Part shown: in pieces, positions 1 through 10,526 of the stretch
Layout: each line of letters starts with the position of its first letter
Position numbering within the stretch: the first letter of the stretch is position 1
Made by a program: the position numbers and the translations under genes
Assembly (NCBI GenBank): GCA_963742375.1
Contig: CAVULP010000003.1
Location: forward strand, 61,420-125,419
Length of the DNA: 64,000 nt
Reading direction: 5' to 3'
DNA from: an uncultured Alphaproteobacteria bacterium
GTDB taxonomy: Bacteria; Pseudomonadota; Alphaproteobacteria; Rhizobiales; Xanthobacteraceae
The notes under the pieces: generated by a model
The model's input: the letters and a program-made list of their open reading frames with translations, nothing else
Told to the model about the DNA's origin: nothing
The model's database searches: none

Positions 1-390
1 GCCGAAGCCGGCGATCACGGCTTTGGCCGCCTTCGATACATAGGAATTCTGCCGGAAACTTTCACGCGCGTGGATGTTGGTGACGTGAATTTCGATCACC
101 GGCATCGTCACCGCGAGCAGCGCGTCGAGGATGGCGATCGAGGTGGTGGTGTAGCCGGCCGGATTGATCACGATGCCGGCGGCCTTTTTGGCTTGGGCTT
201 CCTGAATCCAGTCGACCAGTTCGCCTTCGATGTTGGATTGGCGGAACACGATTGTGAGGCCGAAGCGCTTGGCGGTCGCCCCGCACAGCGTCTCCACGTC
301 GGCGAGCGTGGCGCGGCCGTATTTCTCCGGCTCGCGCGTGCCGAGCAGGTTCATGTTGGGGCCGTTGAGAACGTAGACGGTCTGCGGCAT
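1..390 (-). CDS. aroQ: Type II 3-dehydroquinate dehydratase (runs off left edge)
   Basis: Manual translation from ATG at 390: [25 protein letters not shown], the type II DHQase N-terminal motif; absent from the ORF track because it is truncated. Confidence 0.92.
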   Translation of the reverse strand, partial: MPQTVYVLNGPNMNLLGTREPEKYGRATLADVETLCGATAKRFGLTIVFRQSNIEGELVDWIQEAQAKKAAGIVINPAGYTTTSIAILDALLAVTMPVIEIHVTNIHARESFRQNSYVSKAAKAVIAGFG

Positions 391-483
391 GGGGGCTTTA
401 AGCGCGGGAAAATCTGTGCGCTTTATAGGTGGCCGCGCCGCCAAGGGGAAGCCCGGCCCGTTTTCAGGCTTAAGGACGACGCT

Positions 484-1650
484 TTAGCCCACCGCCAGGG
501 TCTCGGCCGCGGCCCAATCGATCACGTCCTTGAGCGCCGTTAACCTTCTTCGCCCGGCCGCGCGCGCCTTGCTGAAGATGTCGATCTGGCGGTCGCCGCT
601 GGTGCCTTCGGCGAGGATGGCGTCAAGCCGCGCGATCTCGGCTGCGCAGCCGAAAGCCGCGATGTCCTCGGCGACGAATTCACGCACCTGACTGAGCCAG
701 GATGCAGCCGACATCGGCGTGCGGGCGAATGGATCGACGAAGGTGGCGGCGATACCGTGGCGCTGGGCGTGCCACTTGTTTTCCCAGGTAATGGCGCGCC
801 CGACGCGGTCGAAGCCGGCATTGATGCCGCGGTTACGGTCGAGCGCGCGCACCAGGCAGCGGAACAAAGCGGCAATCGCGACGGTATCGTCGAGCCGCGT
901 GCAACTGTCGGCGACGCGCAATTCCACGGTCGGGTAATTCATCGAAGGTCGCAGCGCCCACCAGATATAACTCGCGTCCGGGATGATCTTGGCGCCGACC
1001 AGCGCGTCGACGTATTCGCGATAGTCCTCGTTGGTGCGGAACAGCTGAGGCAGGCCGGTGCGCGGCAACTCGTCGTAAGCGGCGAGCCGGTAGCCGACAA
1101 GGCCGGTGAGGTGGCCTTGCCAAAACGGCGACGACGTCGACAGCGCGAGCAAGAGCGGCAGGTAAGGCGTCAGCCGCATGATCAGATTGATGCGCGTGTC
1201 GATGTCAGGCACCTCGACATGCACGTGCATGCCGCACAGCATGTTGCGCATGCCGATCATCTGCAGGTCGTCCATGATGGCGCCGTAGCGCGCCTTTGGC
1301 GTCATCAGCTGCTCCGGCCAGAAGGCGAGCGGGAAGGTGCCCATGGCGGCCAGCCCGAGCTTGCGCTCGGCGGCCGCTTGCCCAAGCGCGCGGCGGTAAT
1401 GAGCGAGATGCGCGCGCGCCTCGGCCACGCTCTCGCAGGGCGGCGTGACCACCTCGATCTGCGATTGCAGCATTTCGGTCATCACGCGCTCGCCGAGCTG
1501 CTCGTAAACGCGGGCGAAGAATTTCTTGTCGATGCGGCGCACGGTCCGGCGCGTCTTGGCGTCGAACACGAAGAATTCTTCTTCCATGCCGATCGTGTAC
1601 ATGAGCTGCGGCAACTCGTTCGGTGTTCGGCCGGTTCCGGCGGCGCGCAT
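484..1650 (-). CDS. Carboxylate-amine ligase, YbdK/GCS2 family (glutamate--cysteine ligase-like)
   Basis: TIGMEEEFF, EMLQSQIE, CGMHVHV, STSSPFWQG and TVELRVAD motifs; true start may be nearer 1602. Confidence 0.88.
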   Translation of the reverse strand: MRAAGTGRTPNELPQLMYTIGMEEEFFVFDAKTRRTVRRIDKKFFARVYEQLGERVMTEMLQSQIEVVTPPCESVAEARAHLAHYRRALGQAAAERKLGLAAMGTFPLAFWPEQLMTPKARYGAIMDDLQMIGMRNMLCGMHVHVEVPDIDTRINLIMRLTPYLPLLLALSTSSPFWQGHLTGLVGYRLAAYDELPRTGLPQLFRTNEDYREYVDALVGAKIIPDASYIWWALRPSMNYPTVELRVADSCTRLDDTVAIAALFRCLVRALDRNRGINAGFDRVGRAITWENKWHAQRHGIAATFVDPFARTPMSAASWLSQVREFVAEDIAAFGCAAEIARLDAILAEGTSGDRQIDIFSKARAAGRRRLTALKDVIDWAAAETLAVG

Positions 1651-1658
1651 CCTGACGC

Positions 1659-1695
1659 AAAAACGGCCGCCGGGCGATGCTGCACGGCGGCCGTT
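1659..1695 (-). terminator. Intrinsic terminator after the dsbA-like gene
   Basis: Stem AACGGCCGCCG (1662-1672) / CGGCGGCCGTT (1685-1695) with an A-run at 1659-1663, i.e. a U-tract on the minus strand. Confidence 0.6.
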
Positions 1696-1724
1696 CGAGG
1701 TGCTTGTGGATTATATGCGGGGCG

Positions 1725-2500
1725 TCAGCAAGTCACTTTGCCGCAGCGCGCGGTGTTGATCTTCTCCTGCAGGCCCTGCAGGCCGACGGCGCCGATGATC
1801 ACGTTGTCGCCGATCACGTAGCTCGGCGTGCCGTTCAAGCCCGAGCGCCTCGGCGAGCTTGAAGTCCTGCTGCAAGCGTCTTTTCGACCTCGGGGCTCTT
1901 CATGTCCTTCTCGCAGCCGGTCCATGTCGAGGCCGACTTCCTTGGCGACCGCGAGCGCGCGGCGCCTGGTCGGCATGACCGCGGCCGCCCAGCAGCTTCT
2001 GGTGGAATTCGAGATATTTCTTGCCGGTCTTGTCCTGCATGCGCACGGCGACCGCGACGCGCGCGGCCTCCACCGAGCCCGGCCCGAGCACGGGGAATTC
2101 CTTGAGCACGACCTTGAGCTTGGGATCGTCCTTCAGCAGCGTGAGCATGTCGCTCATGGCGCGCTTGCAGTAGCCGCAATTGTAATCGAAGAACTCGACG
2201 AAGGTGACGTTGCCGTTCGGGTTGCCGAGCGTGACCTGGTCGGGCGAGGAAAACAGCGCCTTGGCGTTGCTCCTTGACCGCGGCCTTGTGCTTCTCGACG
2301 TCGGCGGCGGCCTGGCGCTTCTCCAGCTCGGCCATCGCCTCCTGCAGCACTTCCGGATGGGCGACCAGATAGTCGTGCACGATCTTCTCGATCTCGCCGC
2401 GCTGGGCGGCCGAGAGTTCGTCGGCGCGGCTGCTCTGCGGCAGCGCAAGTGCCAGCAACGCGGCGCAGACGGCGGCGAATAGGCGCAAGCGAAAGGTCAT
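1725..2500 (-). CDS. DsbA/Com1-family thiol-disulfide oxidoreductase (frameshifted in this sequence)
   Basis: Signal peptide MTFRLRLFAAVCAALLALA; EFFDYNCGYC active site; GTPSYVIG C-terminus; pieces lie in three frames. Confidence 0.88.
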
Positions 2501-2520
2501 TTGAGTGGTCCTTGTTGGAA

Positions 2521-3951
2521 TCATCGAATGGGCTTCGGCAGTCTTGACGCTGACGATATCGTCGGCGCGCACCCAGGCGGGCGAGCCGATCGGCAAGTCG
2601 CGTGCTTGGCGCGCTCGGCGAGCTGGCGCGCGGTCTTGACGTCGCCGCGCGCGAAGGCGGCCTGCGCGGAGGCGAGGTCGGCATGCGGCGAGGTCGCCCT
2701 TGCGGCCATAGGCCATGGCGAGCTGCAGATAGGCCTCGCGGCTGCTCCGGCTCGGCGCGCAGCGCCGTGTTCAGCAGGCTGACGGCCTCGTCGGCGATCT
2801 TGGCGTTGTTGGCTGCCGATCAGCGCCTGCGCCAGCAGGATCTCGATCAGCGGCGCGTGATGCGAAAGCTGCACCGCGCTGGCGCAGCGGCGCGATCGCC
2901 TCGGCGGCATGGCCGCCTTCCAGCAGCGCCTGTCCCTTCAGCTCGTAGAAATACGGATTGTTGGGCTCGCTGCGGATCAGCTCGTCGATCTGCGCGACGG
3001 CCGCGCGCAGGTCGGCGTGGCGGTAGGTGGAGATGGCGCGGGCGTAGCGCGCCGGCAGGCTCTGGTCGCTCGGCGGATAGCGCCGCGCCACGGTGTCGGC
3101 CGGTTCCAGGAAGCCCGACAGTTTGGCGCGCATCATGTCGTGGCGCAGCTGCAATTGCGGCGGGTCCTTGACGTCCCAATAGGGGCTCGCCTTGGCGATC
3201 ACTTCGAGCGCGGCGACGCGTTCGGCCGGCATCGGATGCGTTTGCATATAGGGATCGGCTTGTGCGCAAACCGAACAGGATTTCGTTGCTCAGGCGCTTG
3301 AACAGTTCCAGCATGCCCTTGGCCGATTGGTGGGTGGCGGTCGAGGAATTTCACGCCGGCATGGTCGGCCTGATCTTCCTGGGTGCGCGCATAGGCGAGC
3401 AGCGCGTGCAGGATCGCCGACTGCGGCGCCATGATCGCGGCGCGCGCCGACCTGGCCGATGTCGGCGCTGCGGGCGGCCGCGCCCGCGACCATCGCGCCG
3501 ATGCCGAGCAGCATGGCGACGATCGATTGGGTCTGCGCCTGGGCGAGCTTCTCGCGGAAGCGCATCAGATGGCCGTCGGCGAGGTGGCCGGTTTCGTGCG
3601 CGAGCACGCCGATGATCTCGTTCGGCGTCTTGGCCTCGAACAGCGCGCCGGCATTGATGAAGATGTGGCGCCCGTCCATGACGAAGGCGTTGAAGGAGCG
3701 GTCGTTGATGATGACCACCTTGATGTTCTGCTGGGCGAGCCCGGCCGCTTGCAGGATCGGCGTCACGTAGTCGCGCAGCAGGTTCTCGATCTCGGTGTCG
3801 CGGATGATCGGCATCCCGCCGGTGGCGCGCTCCTGCGCGGGGGCCGCTGCCGGCACGGCGGCGGCGATCGCCGCGGCGGCGATGCAGGGCCAGTGCCCAT
3901 GCTGCTGGCGCGCGGCGCCGCGCCCTGATAGGTCTCGCGGTCTCGGATCAT
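2521..3951 (-). CDS. M48 family metalloprotease with TPR region, BepA/YfgC-like (frameshifted)
   Basis: IIRDTEIE, FNAFV, GVLAHETGH zinc motif and THPMPAERV pieces spread over ORFs 3290..3856, 2771..3247 and others; ends approximate. Confidence 0.85.
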
Positions 3952-4123
3952 GCCGGTCTGTGCTCCGGATGGGCGTGAAACTTAGTGACGCGCCATTATG
4001 CGGTCAACGCGGGCCGCGATCACGTCTTCTTGGCCTTGCCGCGCTTCGCCCCGCAAGCAATCCGGGGAATGCGGCAACAGCGGGGCGGTTGCCGTCCGTT
4101 TTAGGGCCGCCTGAGGGCCGATC

Positions 4124-5309
4124 ATGATGCTGGATGCGGCAAAACGGCTGTTAACGCCCTCCCGGCGCAGCGATGTGCCGCCCTTCATGGTCATGGACGT
4201 GATGGCGGCGGCGGCGCGCAGCGAGGCGCACGGGCGCCCGCGTCATCCATATGGAGGTGGGCCAGCCGGCGGCGCCCGCGCCGCAAACCGCCATCAAGGC
4301 CGCGCAGGCCGCGCTCGCCAAGGGCCGCATCGGCTATACCGAGTCGCTCGGCATCCCGTCGCTGCGCGCGGCGCATCGCCCGCCATTACGCGCGAAACCT
4401 ACGATCTTGCCGCTCGATCCCGGCCGGGTGGTGGTGACCACCGGCTCGTCCGGCGGCCTTCATCCTGGCGTTTCTCGCGCTGTTCGAAGCCGGCGACCGG
4501 GTGGCGCTCGCCAATCCCGGCTATCCGCCTTATCGCCACATCCTCACGGCGCTCGGCTGCGAGCCGGTGCTGATCGAGACCGCGGCCGAGACGCGCTGGG
4601 CGATGACCGGCGAAGGCGCTGATCGCCGAGCACCGCAGCAAGCCGCTCGCCGGCGTGGTGGTGGCAAGCCCGGCCAATCCGACCGGCACCATGATGAAGG
4701 CGGACGCGCTGGCGCAGCTGATCGCGGTGGCGGAAGCCGAAGGCATCCGCGTGATCTCCGACGAGATCTATCACGGCCTCGATTACGCCTTTGCCGCCGA
4801 GACCGCGGCGAACGTGTCGGAGCGCGCGGTGGTGATCAATTCGTTCTCGAAATATTTCTGCATGACCGGCTGGCGCGTCGGCTGGATGGTGGTGCCGGAG
4901 ACTCTGGTGCGCACCGTCGACCGGCTGCAAGGCAATCTCGCGATCTCGGTGCCGACGCTGTCGCAGGTCGCGGCGGAGGCGGCCTTCGACGGCACGGCCG
5001 AGATGGAAGCGGTCAAGCACGGCTACGAGGAGAACCGCCGCATCCTGATCGAAGGGCTGCCGAAGGCCGGGCTCGACAAGTTTCTGCCGGTCGACGGCGC
5101 GTTCTATCTCTACGCCGACATCTCGCGCTTCTCCGACGACAGCCTCGATTTCGCCAAGCGCATGCTGAACGAGGCGGACGTGGCGGCGACGCCCGGCATC
5201 GATTTCGATCCGATCGACGGCCGGCATTTCCTGCGCTTCTGCTACGCGGGCTCGGCCGCCGAGATGCACGAGGCGGTGGAGCGGATCGGGAACTGGCTGA
5301 AGCGGCTAG
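4124..5309 (+). CDS. PLP-dependent aminotransferase class I/II (frameshifted)
   Basis: PFMVMDVM, MEVGQP, GYTESLG, SPANPTG, ISDEIYHG, NSFSKYFCMTGWRVGW; probable stop TAG at 5307-5309. Confidence 0.9.
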
Positions 5310-5313
5310 CTTT

Positions 5314-5432
5314 CCGCTCATGCCCGCGCACGAATGATGCGCCGCTGCATCCGGGCGCCGTTCCGACGCCTGGCAACTGCAAACGTCGTCGCGGGCTCGC
5401 GGAGCAAGCGCTGGCGGCGCGGGGACGAACGG
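5314..5432. repeat. REP-like palindromic element (same termini as 46842-46914)
   Basis: Ends CCGCTCATGCCCGCGC ... GCGCGGGGACGAACGG match the ends of the element after sufA; lies between convergent genes. Confidence 0.55.
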
Positions 5433-5437
5433 CCAGT

Positions 5438-6107
5438 TCAGAACTCGACGTCCAGCTCTTCCACCTCGTCCGGCTCGGCCTTGGCGCCGGCCATCCATTC
5501 CTGCATCGCCGGCAGCGCCATGATCGCCTTGCAATAGGCGGCGCATTCGCGGTCGAGCTTGACGTCGTAGGTGAGGAAGCGCGTCACCACCGGCGCGAAC
5601 ATGGCGTCCGCCATGCCGGGCTTTGCGCCGAACAGAAACGGGCCGCCGTAGGCCGCCAGGCATTCGCGCCAGATCGACACGATGCGGTCGATGTCGGCCT
5701 GCGCGCCGGCCCAGACCTTGAAGCCGGGATGATGCGCCTTCAGGTTCATCGGCAGCGCCGAGCGCAGGTTGGAAAAGCCGGAATGCATCTCGCCGCAGAT
5801 CGAGCGGCAATGCGCGCGCGCGGCTTCTCCTTCGGCAGCAGGCCGGCGTCCGGCAGGGTCTCGTTGAGATATTCGCGCGATCGCCAGCGTGTCCCAGACC
5901 TTGATGCCGTCATGGGTGAGGCAGGGCACCAGGAAGGAGGGCGACAGCAGCAGCAATTCGGCGCGCGTCGAGGGGTCGTCGCTGGCGACCATCTGCTCCT
6001 CGAAGTCGAGGCCGGCGAGCTTGCACAGCAGCCAGCCGCGCAGCGACCAGGAGCCGTAGTTCTTGCTGGCGATCGTGAGGGCAGCCTTTGGGGGTAGCCT
6101 TGGCCAT
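5438..6107 (-). CDS. Glutathione S-transferase family protein (local frameshifts)
   Basis: LTIASKNYGSWSLRGWL, VPCLTH, ICGEMHSGF and ADAMFAPVVTRF motifs. Confidence 0.88.
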
Positions 6108-6245
6108 GGGGCGCCAATGTCCCTGTTCAGCACGACCCGGCACCGGCAGCTTAGACGAAAGTTATGCGCAATCAATAGTTTCCCGTGGTGCAAAAAGCGC
6201 GGGCCGCTGCCTTTTCCCCAGGCAAGCCCGCCTGGAATTTTATCT

Positions 6246-6257
6246 CGCAGTGCAGCA
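6246..6257 (+). promoter_or_regulatory. Putative PhaR binding site upstream of phaZ
   Basis: CGCAGTGCAGCA matches the bradyrhizobial PhaR consensus TGCRNYGCASMA (recalled) at 11/12, about 50 nt upstream of phaZ. Confidence 0.5.
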
Positions 6258-6307
6258 TAAAATGCTCTAGCGTTTCCCTGCGGTTCGCCGGGACCGCCGG
6301 GGAGCCG

Positions 6308-7525
6308 ATGCTCTATCAGGCCTATCAGGCCCATGCCGACATCATGGTGCCGGTGCGGGCGTTTGCCGGCATGGCGCTGGAGCGTTCGCGCGCGCGGCTG
6401 AACGGCTCGGCGCGGCCCTCGCTGCTGTCCAACCTCACCGCCGCCTATGAGCTGATCGCGCGCGCGGGGCTCACCCACGTGCGGCCGCCTTTTGGCATCG
6501 AGAGCGTCACCGTCGGCAACCGCGAGGCGGCGGTGACGGAGGAGGCGGCGCTGCGCACGCCGTTCGGCACGCTGTTGCACTTCAAGAAGGACATCGACCT
6601 GGCGCAGCCGCGCGTGCTGGTGATCGCGCCGCTGTCCGGCCATTTCGCGACGCTGCTGCGCGCGACCGTGCGCACCATGCTGCCCGAGCACGACGTCTAC
6701 ATCACCGACTGGCACAATGCGCGCGACGTGCCGACCGCGGCCGGCCGCTTCGGCTTCGACGAATACGTCGAGCATCTCATCCGCTTTCTCGAAGCGATCG
6801 GGCCGGGCGCGCACATGGTGGCGGTGTGCCAGCCCTGCGTGGCGGCGCTGGTGGCGGCGAGCGTGATGGCGCAGGCCAATCATCCGGCGCAGCCGCGCTC
6901 GATGACGCTGATGGCCGGACCGATCGACACCCGCGTCAATCCGACCAAGGTCAACGAGCTCGCCAAGTCGAAAGCCATCGCCTGGTTCGAGAAGAACCTG
7001 ATCGCGCGCGTGCCCTGCCGCTATGACGGCGGCGGGCGCAAGGTCTATCCCGGCTTCGTGCAGCTCGCCGCCTTCATGAGCATGAATATCGAGCGCCATC
7101 TGAAGGCGCATCGCGAGCTCTACGACCTGCTGGCGAAAGGCGAGGAGGCGAAAGCCGCGCAGACCAAGGCCTTCTACGACGAATATTTCGCGGTGCTCGA
7201 TCTGACCGCCGAATTCTATCTGGAGACGGTGCGGCTGGTGTTCCAGGAGCACGCGCTGCCGCTCGGCCAGCTCACCTATCAGAACCGCAAGGTCGAGCCG
7301 GCGGCGATCAAGCGCACCGCGCTGTTCACCGTCGAAGGCGAGAAGGACGACATCTGCGCGGTCGGGCAGACTTTGGCGGCGCACGATCTGTGCTCGTCCT
7401 TGCGGCCCTACCGCAAGCGCCACCACATGCAGGCCGGCGTCGGCCATTACGGCGTGTTCAGCGGCCGCGCCTGGGACAACCAGATCTATCCGATGGTGAA
7501 GAACGTCATTTTGCAGAGCGATTGA
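6308..7525 (+). CDS. phaZ: Intracellular polyhydroxyalkanoate depolymerase
   Basis: MLYQAYQ start; APLSGHFATLLR, DVYITDW, VAVCQP (catalytic Cys), VEGEKDDI, VGHYGVF. Confidence 0.93.
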   Translation: MLYQAYQAHADIMVPVRAFAGMALERSRARLNGSARPSLLSNLTAAYELIARAGLTHVRPPFGIESVTVGNREAAVTEEAALRTPFGTLLHFKKDIDLAQPRVLVIAPLSGHFATLLRATVRTMLPEHDVYITDWHNARDVPTAAGRFGFDEYVEHLIRFLEAIGPGAHMVAVCQPCVAALVAASVMAQANHPAQPRSMTLMAGPIDTRVNPTKVNELAKSKAIAWFEKNLIARVPCRYDGGGRKVYPGFVQLAAFMSMNIERHLKAHRELYDLLAKGEEAKAAQTKAFYDEYFAVLDLTAEFYLETVRLVFQEHALPLGQLTYQNRKVEPAAIKRTALFTVEGEKDDICAVGQTLAAHDLCSSLRPYRKRHHMQAGVGHYGVFSGRAWDNQIYPMVKNVILQSD

Positions 7526-7563
7526 AGGCGCCTGCGGACGCGGCGGTCGATCCGACGTGCCGG

Positions 7564-8238
7564 TTACGTCCTTCTGATTTGCGGCTTCTCGTGCAGAACC
7601 ACGTTCAACAAGGAGCGATGGACTTCGATGCGGCCGTTGTACTCGATGAGGCCCAATTCCCGAAATTTGTTCATGAAAACACTGACGCGAGATCGCGTCG
7701 TGCCGATCATCTCCGCCAGCGTTTCCTGACTGATTTTCGCCAGCACCGGCTCGGGCTCACCTTCCTTGCCGAAATTCGCCAGAAGCAGGAGGGTCCTTGC
7801 CAGCCGCTTCTCACTTGAGTTGAACAATTGATCGACCAGGTCCTCCTCGACACGGCTGTTGCGATGCAAGAGGTGCGCGATAAACAGCTCGGCGAACGCC
7901 GGCTCCTCGTGGATCACGCGGACAATGTTTTCCTTTGGCAATCGCACGATCACACATTCCGTCATAGCGGAGGCTGTCGCCAGACGCAGCGTCTCACCGC
8001 CGAGACATCCCTCGCCGAAAAAATCGTCCGTGCCAAAAAGTCCGACCACGGCTTCCTTGCCTTGCTCGGAGATGACGATTTTTTTGACCTTGCCGCTCTG
8101 AATGTAGAAAACGCAATCCGCAGGGTCGCCCTGCGCGTAGACAATTTGATTTCTGCGATAATTGGATATTGTTCGTCCGCCGTTCACTTTCGACAGAAAC
8201 GTTTTGGGATCGAATGGCAGCGTTTTTTTCCGTTTCAT
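7564..8238 (-). CDS. Crp/Fnr family transcriptional regulator
   Basis: cNMP-binding domain (YAQGDPADCVFYIQSG, FFGEG) plus HTH ISQETLAEMIGTTRSRVS. Confidence 0.9.
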   Translation of the reverse strand: MKRKKTLPFDPKTFLSKVNGGRTISNYRRNQIVYAQGDPADCVFYIQSGKVKKIVISEQGKEAVVGLFGTDDFFGEGCLGGETLRLATASAMTECVIVRLPKENIVRVIHEEPAFAELFIAHLLHRNSRVEEDLVDQLFNSSEKRLARTLLLLANFGKEGEPEPVLAKISQETLAEMIGTTRSRVSVFMNKFRELGLIEYNGRIEVHRSLLNVVLHEKPQIRRT

Positions 8239-8375
8239 AGCAGGCCTTCTAATCGCGAGCGGCGCCCTCACGCGCGCAGATCGCTACGAGGCTTCACGGA
8301 TAGAGTTCGATCTCGCTCGAGAGGTCACGTCAGCTTGTCGCCCGCGCGGATAATGAGCCGGGCGGGGCATGCTGT

Positions 8376-8393
8376 CGGTAATGTACATTACCG
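8376..8393. promoter_or_regulatory. Perfect 18-bp palindrome upstream of the first Crp/Fnr gene
   Basis: CGGTAATGTACATTACCG is its own reverse complement; intergenic. Confidence 0.45.
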
Positions 8394-8417
8394 TTGCGAC
8401 GGAACGGAATGACTTTT

Positions 8418-9135
8418 TTACACGTATGTTTTGGGAAGGTAAAAGGTGATTCGCTCGCGAACCAACTGATAACATTCACAAGATGCTTTTGTGAGACCCT
8501 TCCGATTCAGCACCGTGACTTGGCGTCGGCCGCGCTGAATCAAACCTGCGCGTTCCAGCTCCTGAGCGGCAATGGTGATGGATGGCCTCTGGGCGCCCAG
8601 CATTTCGGCGAGGAGATTCTGCGAAATCAACAGGGTGTCGTCGTCACAGCGGTCACGCATCATGAGCAGCCAACGCGCCAGCCGCTGCTTGAGGCTGTGT
8701 GCGCCGTTGCACGCTACCGACACCAGGACCTGTTCGAGAAAGGCCTGGACGTAAGCGGACATGAGATTGCGGAAGGACGGCATCGATTCCATCGCCCGCG
8801 TGAAGGCTGCGCGCGACATCTTGGCTGCGCTCCCCGGGATTTGGACCAGAAGCCTGACGGAGGAAATCCTTGGCGCCGAAGAAGGCTTGCATCCCCGTGC
8901 AACCCTCCCGACCGACCGTTGCCATCTCAATGATGCTGCCGTCGCTGTAAACCGCCACCACCGAGACGACGCCGCTATCGGGAAAGTAGACGTGGTCGAG
9001 CGAACTATCGGCGTCCAAAAGAATCTGTTCGCGTTCGCAGCGAATGTGTTCAAGCTCCGGCATGAGCAGCTTGAGATTGCGGGATGGCAGGGCGAGCAAA
9101 AGCCGATTGCGCGGCCAATCTGATAAAGCGTTCAT
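8418..9135 (-). CDS. Crp/Fnr family transcriptional regulator (frameshifted)
   Basis: NRLLLALP, HVYFPDSGVVS, EMATVGREG, then in another frame VACNGAHSLKQRLARWLL and CECYQ. Confidence 0.88.
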
Positions 9136-9142
9136 CCCCTTA

Positions 9143-9168
9143 AACCGCGCCCGGGTCGCTTTAGTTCC
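9143..9168 (-). promoter_or_regulatory. Putative EcfG (sigmaT/RpoE2)-type promoter
   Basis: Minus strand reads GGAAC-N17-GGTT, 7 nt before the ATG at 9135. Confidence 0.45.
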
Positions 9169-9452
9169 AACACGTGGCGCGTTGCGACGCCGGTCGATGG
9201 TTTACCCGTTCAGCGACAGGACGCCGGAATGTATCCAACGGGAGCCAACGACGTCCCTAACGCAGTGGTCAATGTTATACAGACTCGCACGAGGCGCGCC
9301 CGCTAGCCTCAAGAGGCTGGACGCTTTGCGGCTGCGACATAGCCGCGGCGTTTCCCTTTCGATCCAACGCGTCCAGTAGGGCCCGGCTGTCCTAACGCCG
9401 GGGTCCCTTTTTCCTTTTGCGTGGGCGGGGCGGGATTGCTGCGAGGCCAGTC

Positions 9453-10526
9453 ATGTTCAGAAGACAGTTCAGCGACCTGCAAAATGCCTGTGTATTTGCG
9501 GAAGCGATTGTGAACACCGTGCGCGAGCCGCTCGTCGTGCTCGACCAAGACCTGCGCGTCGTCGCCGCCAGCCGCTCCTTCTATCGGACGTTCAAGGTCA
9601 GTCCCGGCGAAACCGAAGGCAGGCTGCTTTACGAGTTGGGCGACGGCGTGTGGGATATTCCAAAGCTTCGCTCGCTTCTTGAAAAGATCCTGCCGGCGAA
9701 CGGCGCAATCGAGGCCGGCGCGATCGAGGCTTATGAAATCGAGCATGACTTTCCCGGCATCGGACGCCGCACGATGTGTTTGAACGCCCGCAAGGTGTTC
9801 TATGCGACAGGCTCACGCGTCAATATTCTGCTGGGCATCGAGGATATTACCGAACGGCTGATCTTGCAGGGTGAAAAGGACGATCTGCTGCGGCAGAAGG
9901 ACGTGCTGCTCGAAGAAATTCGGCATCGTGTCGCCAACAGCCTGCAAATTATCGCCAGCATCATTATGATGAAAGCGATGGCCGTGGAATCGGAGGAAGC
10001 GCGCCGTCATCTGCAAGACGCTCACCAAAGAGTTATGTCGGTCGCGACTGTGCAGCGACACCTCCATGCCGCTGCACCCAGCGGTCCGGTTCAACTCGGG
10101 CCCTACCTCTCAAAGCTTTGTGAGGCCCTTTCGCACTCGATGATTGGCGACAATCGGTCAATTTCGCTGAAGGTGCAGGGCGAGGAAGCAAGCGTCTCTT
10201 GCCGAGATGCCGAAAGCCTCGGATTGATCGTCACGGAGCTCGTCATTAATTCGATAAAGCATGCGTTCGACAAAAATACCAAAGACGGGCAGATCACCGT
10301 CGCGTTTGACGCTTTCGGAGCAGATTGGAAACTTTCGGTTACTGACAACGGAATTGGAAATCCTGTCGGTGTCTTTGCTCAAGCAAAAACCGGGCTTGGC
10401 ACCGGTATCGTCAACGCGCTTGCAAAGCAGCTCGACGCCAAGGTTGAAACTTTGAGCGGCCCGCGGGGAACGTCCGTGTCGGTCACTCACGGCACTTTTG
10501 CGGCGAAGACAATCCGAGCTGCGTGA
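9453..10526 (+). CDS. PAS-domain sensor histidine kinase, HisKA_2/HWE-like
   Basis: PAS (VREPLVVLDQDLRV), H-box EEIRHRVANSLQ, TELVINSIKHAF, DNGIG, GLGTGIV. Confidence 0.9.
   Translation: MFRRQFSDLQNACVFAEAIVNTVREPLVVLDQDLRVVAASRSFYRTFKVSPGETEGRLLYELGDGVWDIPKLRSLLEKILPANGAIEAGAIEAYEIEHDFPGIGRRTMCLNARKVFYATGSRVNILLGIEDITERLILQGEKDDLLRQKDVLLEEIRHRVANSLQIIASIIMMKAMAVESEEARRHLQDAHQRVMSVATVQRHLHAAAPSGPVQLGPYLSKLCEALSHSMIGDNRSISLKVQGEEASVSCRDAESLGLIVTELVINSIKHAFDKNTKDGQITVAFDAFGADWKLSVTDNGIGNPVGVFAQAKTGLGTGIVNALAKQLDAKVETLSGPRGTSVSVTHGTFAAKTIRAA

Noticed and set aside
4655-6097. Aminotransferase with a long C-terminal extension
   Set aside because: Read-through caused by a probable indel before the TAG at 5307; the extension is antisense to GST
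5438-7447. 669-aa minus-strand ORF
   Set aside because: Antisense shadow of phaZ joined to the real GST by an indel; only the last ~220 aa are a protein
8401-8426. Plus-strand GGAAC-N17-CGTA ECF-like promoter
   Set aside because: Points antisense into the second Crp gene with no downstream gene; may be chance
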